Assembly (NCBI GenBank): GCA_004356105.1
Contig: SMYC01000142.1
Coordinates: 11,041-75,040, forward strand
DNA from: Acidobacteriota bacterium
GTDB taxonomy: Bacteria; Acidobacteriota; Vicinamibacteria; Marinacidobacterales; SMYC01
Reading direction: 5' to 3'
Length of the DNA stretch: 64,000 nucleotides
The position numbers and the translations under genes were made by a program. A model generated the notes under the pieces. The model saw only the letters and a list, made by a program, of their open reading frames with translations, did not search any database and was not told the DNA's origin. Position 1 is the stretch's first letter, and each line of letters opens with the position of its first letter. Positions 47,078 to 56,363 of this stretch are shown one piece after another.

Positions 47078-47238
47078 ATGTGCTTCCGCGCGGAAGAAAG
47101 TCAAGTTCGATGGGTTCGTTTGGGGAACATTATTAGTGTACCGCACGAAATGAGGATGGGAACGTCCCGCGCACTCGCGTCTCGTGGGGGAAAGAACTAC
47201 GGTGGCGTGGCCGAGGACGCCCGGGAGGGGTTCCTCGA

Positions 47239-47433
47239 TCAGCGGCTGGGGGAGGAGAGCGAGAGGACCGAGACGAGCGTGACCGCGCCTCCGACGAGAA
47301 GCCACGAAAGCCGCGAGCCGTCCACGACATAGCCGATGGCGCCGTAGAGAAGTGCCGCGTTGCCCGCGAAATTCGCGATTAATCCCCAAACGCGCAGTGT
47401 GGCTGGGCCGAGGCGTGTCTCGAGATCGATCAT
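47239..47433 (-). CDS. Small two-TM membrane protein (64 aa)
   Basis: MIDLETRLGP...; its ATG overlaps the stop of the transporter gene (ATGA). Confidence 0.6.
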   Translation of the reverse strand: MIDLETRLGPATLRVWGLIANFAGNAALLYGAIGYVVDGSRLSWLLVGGAVTLVSVLSLSSPSR

Positions 47434-48740
47434 TCGAACCACCAGCCGAGACGGTTGAACACGTAAATAATCGCGATCGAGTTCAGGAGCGTGATTTGGA
47501 GAAGAAGGCCAAAGTTCCAGAAGCGGGAACGACAACGATCGTCGCCGAGCGCCCGTTTGTCGTTGAGCAGCAGATACATCGACCAGGCAACGATATTGAC
47601 CGTGAGGGAGAGAAAGGCGCCAATCGCGATCACGAGCCATACCGGCCGCTCGTACCACGCCGCGAGAAAACCTATCTGCGGGAGGAGCGCCGAGATGCGC
47701 CAGCGCCACGAGCTCGTGTCTCGTTCCCAGCCGAAAGCGGCGTGGATGGCCATCGCTCCCGCGATGCTCATCCCAACGGTGGTGGAAATGGGGACGGCGA
47801 GAAAGCCGAGATAGAAGAGCACGGGCGCCCAGCTCGTGCCGAGAAGAGGCTCGAGCCGCTCGGCGAGCTCGTTGGGCGCGGCGTCCGAAGCAATACCCAG
47901 CGGCAGAAGGGTCTCCGCGAACACCGCGATCACGATAAAATTGATGAGGATGAACGGCAAGAAGAGACCGATGCTCATGTCGAAGCGCGCGAGCGGCTCG
48001 TGAGCTTTCCCCCACCCACGGGCGAGGCCGGCATAGTTGAAGAGAAACCAATCCATGACGCCAATCGCGGCCGCCGAGGACGCGACGAACAAATCGAGGC
48101 CTTCGCCGCCCGGTGGCAGCCAAGGCACGACGCTTCCGTGAAGCGCGGCGCTCCAATCGATACCGGTCACCATCAGGCAGGCGCCGAAGGCGAGGAGCAT
48201 GAAGCCGATGCTCACCTTCATGAATGTTTCGATGAAGCGGATGCCGCGGCGGCCTTTCCGTCCGTAGCTCAAAGTGAGCCAGCTCGTGAGGGCCACGTAG
48301 AGGATCCAATTCCACCGTTGCGGGAAAGCGTAGCCGAGCCTGTCCGCCAGTAACTCCATCAAGTAGGTGCCGAGGCTTACTTGGCCCCAATTGAAGACGA
48401 TGGCGACGCCGGCAGTGCCGATGAGCGCCGTCATGAGCGAGCCGATGACCCAGCCGTGGTAGCGGTCTTGAAGGGCTATGACCCCGAGGCCACGCGTGGT
48501 GAACCGCGCCATCGCGGCCATCATGAACATGCCGAGCCCCATCGAGACCCAGAGGAGCCAAACCGTCTTATAGCCGAAGGTGGCGCCCGAGAGCATGGCC
48601 GCCGTGAGTGTGCCCGCGCCGAGCGTGAGCGCGGCGTCCATGAAGCCGGGGCCGCCGAGACGAAAGTACCCCGCGAAGCGACGAAGAGGAGGCTGTTGCC
48701 GAAGCTCCTCTAGCTGGACGACTTCACTCGGCTCCGTCAC
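47430..48740 (-). CDS. NRAMP-related (LeuT-fold) transporter
   Basis: LGGPGFMDAALTLGAG, GATFGY, LFYLGFLAVPISTTV; about 11 TM segments. Confidence 0.75.
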   Translation of the reverse strand: MTEPSEVVQLEELRQQPPLRRFAGYFRLGGPGFMDAALTLGAGTLTAAMLSGATFGYKTVWLLWVSMGLGMFMMAAMARFTTRGLGVIALQDRYHGWVIGSLMTALIGTAGVAIVFNWGQVSLGTYLMELLADRLGYAFPQRWNWILYVALTSWLTLSYGRKGRRGIRFIETFMKVSIGFMLLAFGACLMVTGIDWSAALHGSVVPWLPPGGEGLDLFVASSAAAIGVMDWFLFNYAGLARGWGKAHEPLARFDMSIGLFLPFILINFIVIAVFAETLLPLGIASDAAPNELAERLEPLLGTSWAPVLFYLGFLAVPISTTVGMSIAGAMAIHAAFGWERDTSSWRWRISALLPQIGFLAAWYERPVWLVIAIGAFLSLTVNIVAWSMYLLLNDKRALGDDRCRSRFWNFGLLLQITLLNSIAIIYVFNRLGWWFE

Positions 48741-48778
48741 AGCCCGAGGGCAGCAGGAAGCAACAGCGTTATGCGGTC

Positions 48779-50320
48779 CTACTCAAACGTGATGCCCTGA
48801 GCTAGAGGCAGCTCTTTCGACCAGTTGATCGTGTTCGTCTGGCGTCGCATATAGGCCTTCCACGCGTCGGAGCCCGATTCCCGGCCGCCGCCGGTCTCTT
48901 TCTCACCGCCGAAGGCGCCGCCAATCTCGGCGCCGGACGTTCCGATATTGACGTTTGCGATGCCACAATCCGAGCCCGCGACAGACAGGAACGTTTCGGC
49001 GGTGCGCATGCTGTCCGTAAAGATCGCGCTCGAAAGCCCCTGTGGAACGTCGTTGTGGATCGCCACCGCGTCCTCGATAGCGTCAAATTCGAGCATGTAC
49101 AGGATCGGGGCGAACGTCTCTTCCTTCACGATCTCGGATTGCTCCGGCATCTTCACGATCGTTGGCTCCACGAAATTCGGTCCCTTTTCCGGAAGCTTGT
49201 TGCCGCCCACGAGGATCTCGCCGCCTTGCTCTTTCACGGTCTCGAGGGCAGCGAACATGTCGTCGACGGCTTTGGCGTTGATGAGAGGTCCCATCAAGGT
49301 GCTTTCGTCGAGCGGGTCGCCGATGCGGACTTGCTGATAAGCTTTGACCAGGCGGTCTTCGAGCTGCGCTCTGATGTCCTTCTGCACGATGATGCGACGC
49401 GTGCTCGTGCAGCGCTGGCCTGCCGTTCCCACGGCCCCGAAGAGAATCGCGCGCGTCGCCATGTCGAGATCCGCGTCGCCGGCGACGATGATGGCGTTGT
49501 TGCCGCCGAGCTCGAGGATCGTGCCTCCGAAACGCCTGGCCACGGCCTCGGAAACGTGTCTTCCGACAGGGGTGGAGCCGGTGAACGAGACGAGCGCCGC
49601 TCGGGGGTCGTTCAACAGAAGCTCGCCGACACTTCGGCCCGGGCCCACTGTAAGGGTGAAGATGCCCGACAAACCGTGATCCGCCATCACACGGTTGGCC
49701 ACATGCTGCACGGCGATGGCCGTGAGCGGCGTATCGGTCGACGGCTTCCACAAGACCGGGTCGCCACAAACCGCGGCGATGGCCGTGTTCCAGGACCAGA
49801 CCGCCATCGGAAAATTGAAGGCGGTGATGATGCCGACGACACCCAATGGATGCCATTGCTCGTACATCCGATGGTTTGGCCTTTCGGAATGCATCGTGAG
49901 CCCGTAGAGCTGTCGTGAAAGGCCGACGGCGAAATCGCAAATGTCGATCATCTCCTGGACTTCGCCGTGCCCCTCAGCGCGAATCTTGCCCATTTCGAGC
50001 GAAATCAGATCTCCGAGCGGCTCTTTCAACTCCCGAAGCGCGTCTCCGAGATCGCGAACCAATTGTCCGCGCTCCGGAGCGGGTACCGTCCGCCAGGACA
50101 GAAAAGCTTCGTGGGCTTGAGCCATGACCGTCTCGTAGGTCGCGGGCGTCGCCTGGATGATTTTCGCGATGGGCTCACCCGTCGTAGGATTCAAGGACGC
50201 GATCTCCGTGCCGTTCGGGTCCGCGATCCATCTATCGGGTCCCGCACAAGCTCCCGCATTGACGTCTTCGAGCCCTAGCTTGTCGAGCAAAGCCTTGTGT
50301 TTTTCCATTACCGTGGTCAT
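48779..50320 (-). CDS. Aldehyde dehydrogenase family 7 (alpha-aminoadipic semialdehyde / piperideine-6-carboxylate dehydrogenase-like)
   Basis: TAFNFP, LELGGNNA, GTAGQRCTS, EETFAPI, GAEIGGAFGGEKETGGGRESGSDAWKAY; start moved to ATG 50320. Confidence 0.93.
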   Translation of the reverse strand: MTTVMEKHKALLDKLGLEDVNAGACAGPDRWIADPNGTEIASLNPTTGEPIAKIIQATPATYETVMAQAHEAFLSWRTVPAPERGQLVRDLGDALRELKEPLGDLISLEMGKIRAEGHGEVQEMIDICDFAVGLSRQLYGLTMHSERPNHRMYEQWHPLGVVGIITAFNFPMAVWSWNTAIAAVCGDPVLWKPSTDTPLTAIAVQHVANRVMADHGLSGIFTLTVGPGRSVGELLLNDPRAALVSFTGSTPVGRHVSEAVARRFGGTILELGGNNAIIVAGDADLDMATRAILFGAVGTAGQRCTSTRRIIVQKDIRAQLEDRLVKAYQQVRIGDPLDESTLMGPLINAKAVDDMFAALETVKEQGGEILVGGNKLPEKGPNFVEPTIVKMPEQSEIVKEETFAPILYMLEFDAIEDAVAIHNDVPQGLSSAIFTDSMRTAETFLSVAGSDCGIANVNIGTSGAEIGGAFGGEKETGGGRESGSDAWKAYMRRQTNTINWSKELPLAQGITFE

Positions 50321-50386
50321 GCCAAACTCACTCCTGTCGAACAGATCCAACCATAACGCGGCGTAGCCGCAAAAAAGAAAGGGATT

Positions 50387-50602
50387 GGCCACAGAGGCAC
50401 ATAGGCACAGAGAAAAGCGACGACCAGCTCCGTGGACTCTGCCTTTTTTCTGTGGTCGACGTTGCTAGCGGCAAGAATGCCCACGATGGGTACAACCGTC
50501 GGCGAACCAATTGGAGATGTCGTCGCGACCCGTGACTGGGCGAATGGAGCGTGGGAACGACCAGTGTTTTGATTTTCTCTGTGTCTCGGTGTCTCTGTGG
50601 CC
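50387..50602. repeat. Second CACAGAG-type inverted-repeat element (30-bp imperfect arms)
   Basis: GGCCACAGAGGCACATAGGCACAGAGAAAA (50387-50416) versus the reverse complement of TTTTCTCTGTGTCTCGGTGTCTCTGTGGCC (50573-50602), 4 mismatches. Confidence 0.8.
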
Positions 50603-50720
50603 ATGCTTTTTGGGCGTTGAAGACCGCGAAACATTTGCGCGGTCAACACAAATCCTGACGAGTAATTCCATAATAGAGGTCGAAGAAATCGACCGCAAGT
50701 GCAGTTTGGAAGGCACGTAT

Positions 50721-51207
50721 CTAGCGGAAGCGTTCGACGAAATCCATGAAACGCATTCCGAGATACCCGGCTTTGAAACCGATGATACGGAGCGGCTCGG
50801 GCGGTAGGGGCATCAGCGGGTCTTTCAAATAGAGCAGATTGGACCAAGGTTCTTCGCGGCCGGTGACGAGATCCGCGAGCGCGCGGCCGCAGAGCGTGGC
50901 GAGCGACACGCCCATTCCCGAATAGCCGAGCGCGAACCATAGGTTGTCGTTCTCACGGCTCCCGATCATGGGCGTTCGTCTCCACGTGATCGCGACGGGC
51001 CCACACCATCGGTGCGTGATCGCGATGTCGTGCAGGCTCGGAAACGTCTCGAGGAGCGTCTCATGGAGCCTCGCAAATATATTGTCGATCTCCGGGGGCG
51101 ATTCGAGGCCGAAGTGATACTGCACCCGGCCGCCGAACAAGATGCGATCGCCGGTCAAGCGCACGTAATTATGATCGCGCCGCCATCGGTATAGCCTTGC
51201 CGTTCTC
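50721..51207 (-). pseudogene. 3' fragment of a PuuB/OrdL-like FAD-dependent oxidoreductase
   Basis: NYVRLTGDRILFGG, ITHRWCGPV, ALGYSGMGVSLATLCG; the N-terminal FAD-binding half is absent. Confidence 0.75.
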
Positions 51208-51398
51208 CGCTTTGTCGAGACCAGGTAGATGCCACCAATCTTCGAACGCAGCCGAAGCCGCCGCCACCGCGAGGTCGACATCTTCGGCGCGCGCGCGGGG
51301 AACGTCTTCGATCACCTCTTCGGTCGCCGGATTCTCCACGGCGAAGTTTCTTTCGACGCCGCCGCCACCGAAGCCCCATCGATCCACATTGCGCTCAT
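51208..51398 (-). pseudogene. 5' fragment of an aldehyde dehydrogenase, frameshifted and truncated
   Basis: AAGGAG plus ATG 51398 gives MSAMWIDG; after a 1-nt shift FAVENPATEEVI...AEDVDLAVAAA..AF..W; joined directly to the oxidoreductase fragment. Confidence 0.7.
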
Positions 51399-51587
51399 CG
51401 TTTCGCTCCTTTACGTAGCCAGAGACAATGCTATGATTGTCTTTTCTCATATCAAGAATAAGTCACAAGAATTCGATGCAGCCGAATGCGTCCGGCCGCC
51501 TGGCCGAAGACCGTACGCCGTTCCCCCGCCCATGTCGACGTGCTCCATGTCGGCGTTCGTTCGTCCACCCTATCGCGAGCCGACTCA

Positions 51588-52736
51588 ATGAACCAGCAAG
51601 AACAAAGCGCTAGAGCTCTAATTCTCTTCATGCTCGTCGTCGCCGCGTCAATCTTGGCCGGTTGCAAGAGCCTCGAGGATCCGGACCCCGTACCGCTGAC
51701 AGGTTCTTCGAGTGTCGCTACGGTCCAGCCGGGCTCCACCGTTTCCGCGGGGGGAACCACGTCGGCGCCACCTGCGAGCGGTTCCGTGAACGGTGTCGGT
51801 GCTCCGACAATCTTGGATCCCCTACCGGGTGCGTCCACTGCAGATACCACCCCCCTGTTGACGGTTCGCAACGCGAGCGTGTCAGACGGATCGGCGCTCA
51901 CCTATACGTTTCAAGTGTCGACCAACGACGCCTTCACGCAAATGGCCGCGGAGATTTCCGGCTTCCCACAAGGATCGGCAGGGACCAACGGAACAACGAC
52001 GTGGGAGGTGACTCCGGCGCTCGGAGCGGGGCGCTATTTCTGGCGCGCGCGCGCGACCGGTGCGCAAGGGCCAGGCCCTTTCTCGCCCATTTCGGATGTG
52101 TTCATCGGATCGAGCCCGAGCCCGAGCCCGAGCCCCTCTCCCAGCCCACCCGGGCCGTCGGGCCCGTCGGTGATTTCCGATCCGCTCACGAATGGGGGCT
52201 CGGTCGGCCAAGTCTCCGGTGGTAGGTTCACCGGGTCAGGCTGGCAAGTGGCGCATCGCGGAAACTACATCCGATACGTCGTGCCGACGCTCCAGAGCGG
52301 TTTCGTAGAATGGGAGAATCGCAATCTGACGCCGTTCAATCCAGAGCGTGATGCCTTCTCGCTCTTGGGGATGTGGGATCCGTCACGGGGCGCCTATCGC
52401 GAGAACCCGTTCCGTGTGCATATTCGCAAGCTCGACACCCAAGGTCACAACCCGCCATATGTCCGGATGCGTTTCATTGCGAATGGCGATCAGCACGATG
52501 TGGGCTTTGATTTTCTCGACTGGAATCCGAGCCACACCTATCGCTGGCGTGTCGAGTGGGGCCCCGGCGGCGGCGGCAATCAAGCCCGGGTGTTTCTGGA
52601 CGGGCGTGTCATCATGAGCACCAGTTACGGCCCGAGCTACTCCCCGAGAGACCACTGGATCGAGCTCGGTGTCCAAGAGCGCGCGGAGAGCATCGTCGGC
52701 GTCATTTACCGGAACGTTCGGATCGGGCGTCGCTGA
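51588..52736 (+). CDS. Putative lipoprotein: Ig/FN3-like domain, (SP)n linker, C-terminal beta-sandwich domain
   Basis: Lipobox ILAGC; YTFQVS...YFWRARA; (GAGCCC)x4 at 52112-52135; Trp/Tyr-rich C-terminal domain. Confidence 0.8.
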   Translation: MNQQEQSARALILFMLVVAASILAGCKSLEDPDPVPLTGSSSVATVQPGSTVSAGGTTSAPPASGSVNGVGAPTILDPLPGASTADTTPLLTVRNASVSDGSALTYTFQVSTNDAFTQMAAEISGFPQGSAGTNGTTTWEVTPALGAGRYFWRARATGAQGPGPFSPISDVFIGSSPSPSPSPSPSPPGPSGPSVISDPLTNGGSVGQVSGGRFTGSGWQVAHRGNYIRYVVPTLQSGFVEWENRNLTPFNPERDAFSLLGMWDPSRGAYRENPFRVHIRKLDTQGHNPPYVRMRFIANGDQHDVGFDFLDWNPSHTYRWRVEWGPGGGGNQARVFLDGRVIMSTSYGPSYSPRDHWIELGVQERAESIVGVIYRNVRIGRR

Positions 52737-52739
52737 TCT

Positions 52740-53717
52740 TCAGCGCGGAGCTTCGTTCCGCGTCTCGAGGTCGATGCGGCGCAACGAGTCGCCCCAAGCG
52801 GCAGGCGCTGTGACCACGAAAGCTGTATCGGGAAGATCGCGGTTGACCGTGATGCCGTCGGGTCTAACGTTCACGACAAGCGTGTAGTTGTCGTAAGGAC
52901 GCTCGATGCGGACGCGAGAGGCGAATCGGGGGCCGTCCTCGCCTCGAGGCGGCAGGTAATCCGCGTACTCGATATTGGCGACAAGGCGCCCGTCCGCATC
53001 GTAGACCTGCTGGCGTTTCACCAGGAGCTCTGAGGTGCGGTCGAACCAATAGCGAGCTCGTGGAGCGTTCTCGCCGAGGCGGACGGCCGTGACGACGTAG
53101 TAGCTCTTCTTGACTTGGCTGTTCTTCTTGGCCCCGGGACGACGATCCGCCTCGATGACGCGCTCTTCTTGAAGGAATACGACCGTGTAGGGATCGTCGA
53201 CGGGGATGGGGGAGAGAAGAAACGCATCCGTGAAGTGCTGTGGCCGGATGTTGACGAGAGGTCCCGCTTTCTTGAGCTCCGGGTCTTGGTCGAGCCTCTT
53301 GACCTCTTCGCCATAGCTCGCGTCGTTCTGACCCTCAATCAGAGCCCGGTAGGCGAGTGGATAGATCAAGAGCTGAAAACGCTCGCCGTCCGATGCCATC
53401 TCCGCGATATTGGTGCTCAGGATCGGGGCCTCGATGGTCAGCCGGATGCGGTTCGGACGCTGCAGAAGGAGGCGCCCCTGTGCCATGCGGTATTGACGGC
53501 CCTCCCCCTCTTCCGCCTTTTCTACTGTCTCGAACTGCAAATCGACGCGTAGCACGAGCGAGTCGATCTTGCGCCACTCGTTGATGTGCGCGACGAGCTG
53601 ATCGAGCGTCGCGTTCTCCGTCGGCGCCAGGAACGGCACCACATCGACCCTTCGGGAGACGCACGCGACGGCCCCGCTGAGCCCGACGGCGAATAAAAGA
53701 ATGGCGAAACGTTTCAC
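52740..53717 (-). CDS. Lipoprotein, possibly LolA/LolB-like fold
   Basis: Lipobox AVAC; GRLLLQRPNRIRL, MASDGERFQL, YWFDR, IEYADY, SRVRIERP. Confidence 0.7.
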   Translation of the reverse strand: MKRFAILLFAVGLSGAVACVSRRVDVVPFLAPTENATLDQLVAHINEWRKIDSLVLRVDLQFETVEKAEEGEGRQYRMAQGRLLLQRPNRIRLTIEAPILSTNIAEMASDGERFQLLIYPLAYRALIEGQNDASYGEEVKRLDQDPELKKAGPLVNIRPQHFTDAFLLSPIPVDDPYTVVFLQEERVIEADRRPGAKKNSQVKKSYYVVTAVRLGENAPRARYWFDRTSELLVKRQQVYDADGRLVANIEYADYLPPRGEDGPRFASRVRIERPYDNYTLVVNVRPDGITVNRDLPDTAFVVTAPAAWGDSLRRIDLETRNEAPR

Positions 53718-53751
53718 AGCCGCGATCGTACTACGTTGGACAAGCGCTTGC

Positions 53752-55998
53752 TCAATGGAGCAGGTCGAATTGATAGTTGTATTTCACGATGAAGCTACGA
53801 TTCTGAGGCCCGAAGCGCTCGTTCCCCAAACCGCTGGCGTTGTTGTAGACGATGAACAAGCCCGTTCCCGCCGTGTTGAGCCAGCTGAAGCGGACGTTCG
53901 ATGTCCACAAGTCGAGATTGTCATTATATTGGACGAAGGCCTGCAGGTAGATAAACGAGGAAAAGTTGTAGCTGATGCGGAACTGGCCGAGATTGGTGAT
54001 GAAGCTTCCTTCGATGAGATCGACGTCGTTGTAGGACCATGTCGCTGACGTGATGATCTTCGACTTGTAGCGGTAGTTGATCGTCGTGTTGACGGTGGTC
54101 TTGCTGCCCGAGAGAAAGCCGCCATTCTGCAGGCCGCCTGAATAAGACACAGGCGCCGCTTGGTTCGTGTTCCACCGCCACGCCATTTCCCAGTTTTGAT
54201 AGGTTCCCGGCTGCACGATGATCCCGTCGGCGATCTCGAAAGGCTCTTTCAATCCTTCCACCGGCCGATTGACGGCGGGGCTGAAATAAGCGCCGTTCTC
54301 GAAATCGATATGGGTATCGAAGTGGAGGTCTTCGGTCTCCTTGAAGCCATCGAGATCCCAGAAACCGCGATAGGTTACGTGGGGTCGGAGCTCGCGCAGC
54401 CATTCGATGTCGGGGCGTAGGTTCATGAAAACCCCTGTGTTGATGCTGCGGTAATCGTCGCGACGCAGAAAACCCACCTCGGGGTTGAAGTTCTCGCCGA
54501 CTTCTGCCACTCCCATCCAAACGCGGCCTCTCGTGCGCTGATATTCGGCACGAGCGTTCAAGGCATGCTCGCCGCCTTCGAGGCCCGGTGTTTGGGTGCG
54601 GGCGGCAAAGCCGGTTAAAGTAAACGCTTCTCCGATGCCGAGTTTGCCGTCGAGGCCGAAGGTCCGGTTCCAGTCATTCTCACCCGCTAAGTCTCCGGTC
54701 GCGACTCGATTGACGAACAACGCGCCAATGCGCGAGCGGTTCGGGAATTCTCGGATCACGCTCGCGACGGTGTAGTTGTTGGCTACCGCAACCCCGGCTT
54801 TGTCCTGGGTTTGCATGTTCATGACGCCAACGTCGAAATCTCGGAGCTTGCCGCTCAAGCGGGCACCGCCTAAGATCGGCACGATCTCGCCCGCGTCACT
54901 GATGCCGATGCGGCGGCTGAAGAACAGCTCTACCGCTTGGGACTGGCCCATGGTGAAGTGCCCAGCGTTCTCGAGAAAGAAGGGCCGCTTTTCCGGAAAG
55001 AACAAGTTGAAGCGTGTCAGGTTAACCTGTTGGGCGTCGACTTCGACTTGGGCGAAGTCGGTGTTGTAGGTGAGGTCGAGATTCATGGCCGGCGTAATGC
55101 CGAGTTTGGTGTCCACCCCCCACTCGGCGTCTCTATTTGTGGATGCGTTGGCGTAGTCGCGATCGCCCGCGCCCAAGGCATAGGGCGTCACTTTGAAGTT
55201 CCGTGGCGTCGACAGCTCGAGACCTTCGAGAATACCCGCGGAGGAGACGCGGTTGAGGTTGAAGATGCGCGAGACCGGCGACCAATAAACGATTTCGCGT
55301 TTGCGGCGCACGTTTCTTTGGAAGTTCAAGCCCCAGGTCTGAGGGTTGTCGGACCCATAGCGCAGCGTGCGAAGGGGGATGGCGAACTCGGCCGACCAGC
55401 CATAGTCTCCGCGGGCGGTCGCGACGGTGAAGCTCGTATCCCAGTTCAAGTTGAATCCAGCGCCGGCGCCCCCCTGGGAACGTCTCCCGCTTCCGCGACC
55501 GGGGCCTCCGCCTCCGCCCTGCCCTTCGTTCGTTACCTGGGCGTCGTACTCGATGCCGGCAGGGTTGGTGCCGAAGACGAACCCATTCTGCTTGTCGTGA
55601 TAGGTGTCGAAGATGATGCGGAATGAATCCGTATCGTCGAGATTCGAATCGCGCCGTGCGTCCGTGACGATAATCTTATTCGGCTCCGAATCGAAGCAGA
55701 TGACGCCGATATAAATGTTCCGGTCGTCATAGAGGATCCGGACTTCGGTTTTCTCCGTGGCCGGTTGTCCTTCGTAGCGCTCCGCTTGGACGAAATCGGT
55801 GATGACCGTGGCTTTTTGCCAGGGATCGTCGTCGACGCGTCCATTGATGACGGGAGCTTCCTCGGTCTTGGCCGCTTTCGCGACCCGTGTCGTTGCTGCG
55901 GGCGTCTCGCTGCCTAGGGCGAGAGCACCTTGGCACGCCACGAACGTCAAGATGAGAAGAGTTGCTTGGAGCTTCCTCTTCAGCGCAGTCTTACACAT
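53752..55998 (-). CDS. CBM9-like sugar-binding domain plus DUF5916 protein
   Basis: APVINGRVDD, TEVRILYD, GFVFGTNPAG, WSAEFAIP, TYNTDFAQVE, LFFPEKRPFFLE, LFFSRRIG. Confidence 0.88.
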   Translation of the reverse strand: MCKTALKRKLQATLLILTFVACQGALALGSETPAATTRVAKAAKTEEAPVINGRVDDDPWQKATVITDFVQAERYEGQPATEKTEVRILYDDRNIYIGVICFDSEPNKIIVTDARRDSNLDDTDSFRIIFDTYHDKQNGFVFGTNPAGIEYDAQVTNEGQGGGGGPGRGSGRRSQGGAGAGFNLNWDTSFTVATARGDYGWSAEFAIPLRTLRYGSDNPQTWGLNFQRNVRRKREIVYWSPVSRIFNLNRVSSAGILEGLELSTPRNFKVTPYALGAGDRDYANASTNRDAEWGVDTKLGITPAMNLDLTYNTDFAQVEVDAQQVNLTRFNLFFPEKRPFFLENAGHFTMGQSQAVELFFSRRIGISDAGEIVPILGGARLSGKLRDFDVGVMNMQTQDKAGVAVANNYTVASVIREFPNRSRIGALFVNRVATGDLAGENDWNRTFGLDGKLGIGEAFTLTGFAARTQTPGLEGGEHALNARAEYQRTRGRVWMGVAEVGENFNPEVGFLRRDDYRSINTGVFMNLRPDIEWLRELRPHVTYRGFWDLDGFKETEDLHFDTHIDFENGAYFSPAVNRPVEGLKEPFEIADGIIVQPGTYQNWEMAWRWNTNQAAPVSYSGGLQNGGFLSGSKTTVNTTINYRYKSKIITSATWSYNDVDLIEGSFITNLGQFRISYNFSSFIYLQAFVQYNDNLDLWTSNVRFSWLNTAGTGLFIVYNNASGLGNERFGPQNRSFIVKYNYQFDLLH

Positions 55999-56363
55999 GG
56001 TAACCAATCTAAACGGCGGGGCGAACAAAAGCAATTATTCGACAAGATTATATGGTTCAGAAGCTTAGCGCGACTAGAACTAACGGAATGGGGCACCCCT
56101 GGTTGCCGATAGCTCTGACGCGCCCTATCCAGTTATGATTGGCGTGGCGACCCAGGCGGGCCCCCCGCCATCGCACCGGACACTGACCTCTTGCTCCCCC
56201 CTGACATAGATGACCACAGATGACAAGAGATAGGCTGTTGAGATATTAAGTCCGAGCGGATCGGTGATCCATGAAGCCAACCGGCGCGTTCCCGGAGGTG
56301 CTTCAGCGGGTTGAGCGCTTCCCTGTGACGAGCAGCAAACGAACCAGAGTGGAACCACGAGGT

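Noticed and set aside
47434-48561. Long alternative-frame ORF overlapping the NRAMP-like gene
   Set aside because: Only its last 64 codons (47239-47433) look like a real membrane protein with an ATGA-coupled start
56090-56200. GC hairpins and CCA-like ends upstream of the GH99-like gene, considered as a tRNA or integration site
   Set aside because: No cloverleaf, no TTCGA T-loop, and no matching direct repeat on the other side of the AT-rich gene
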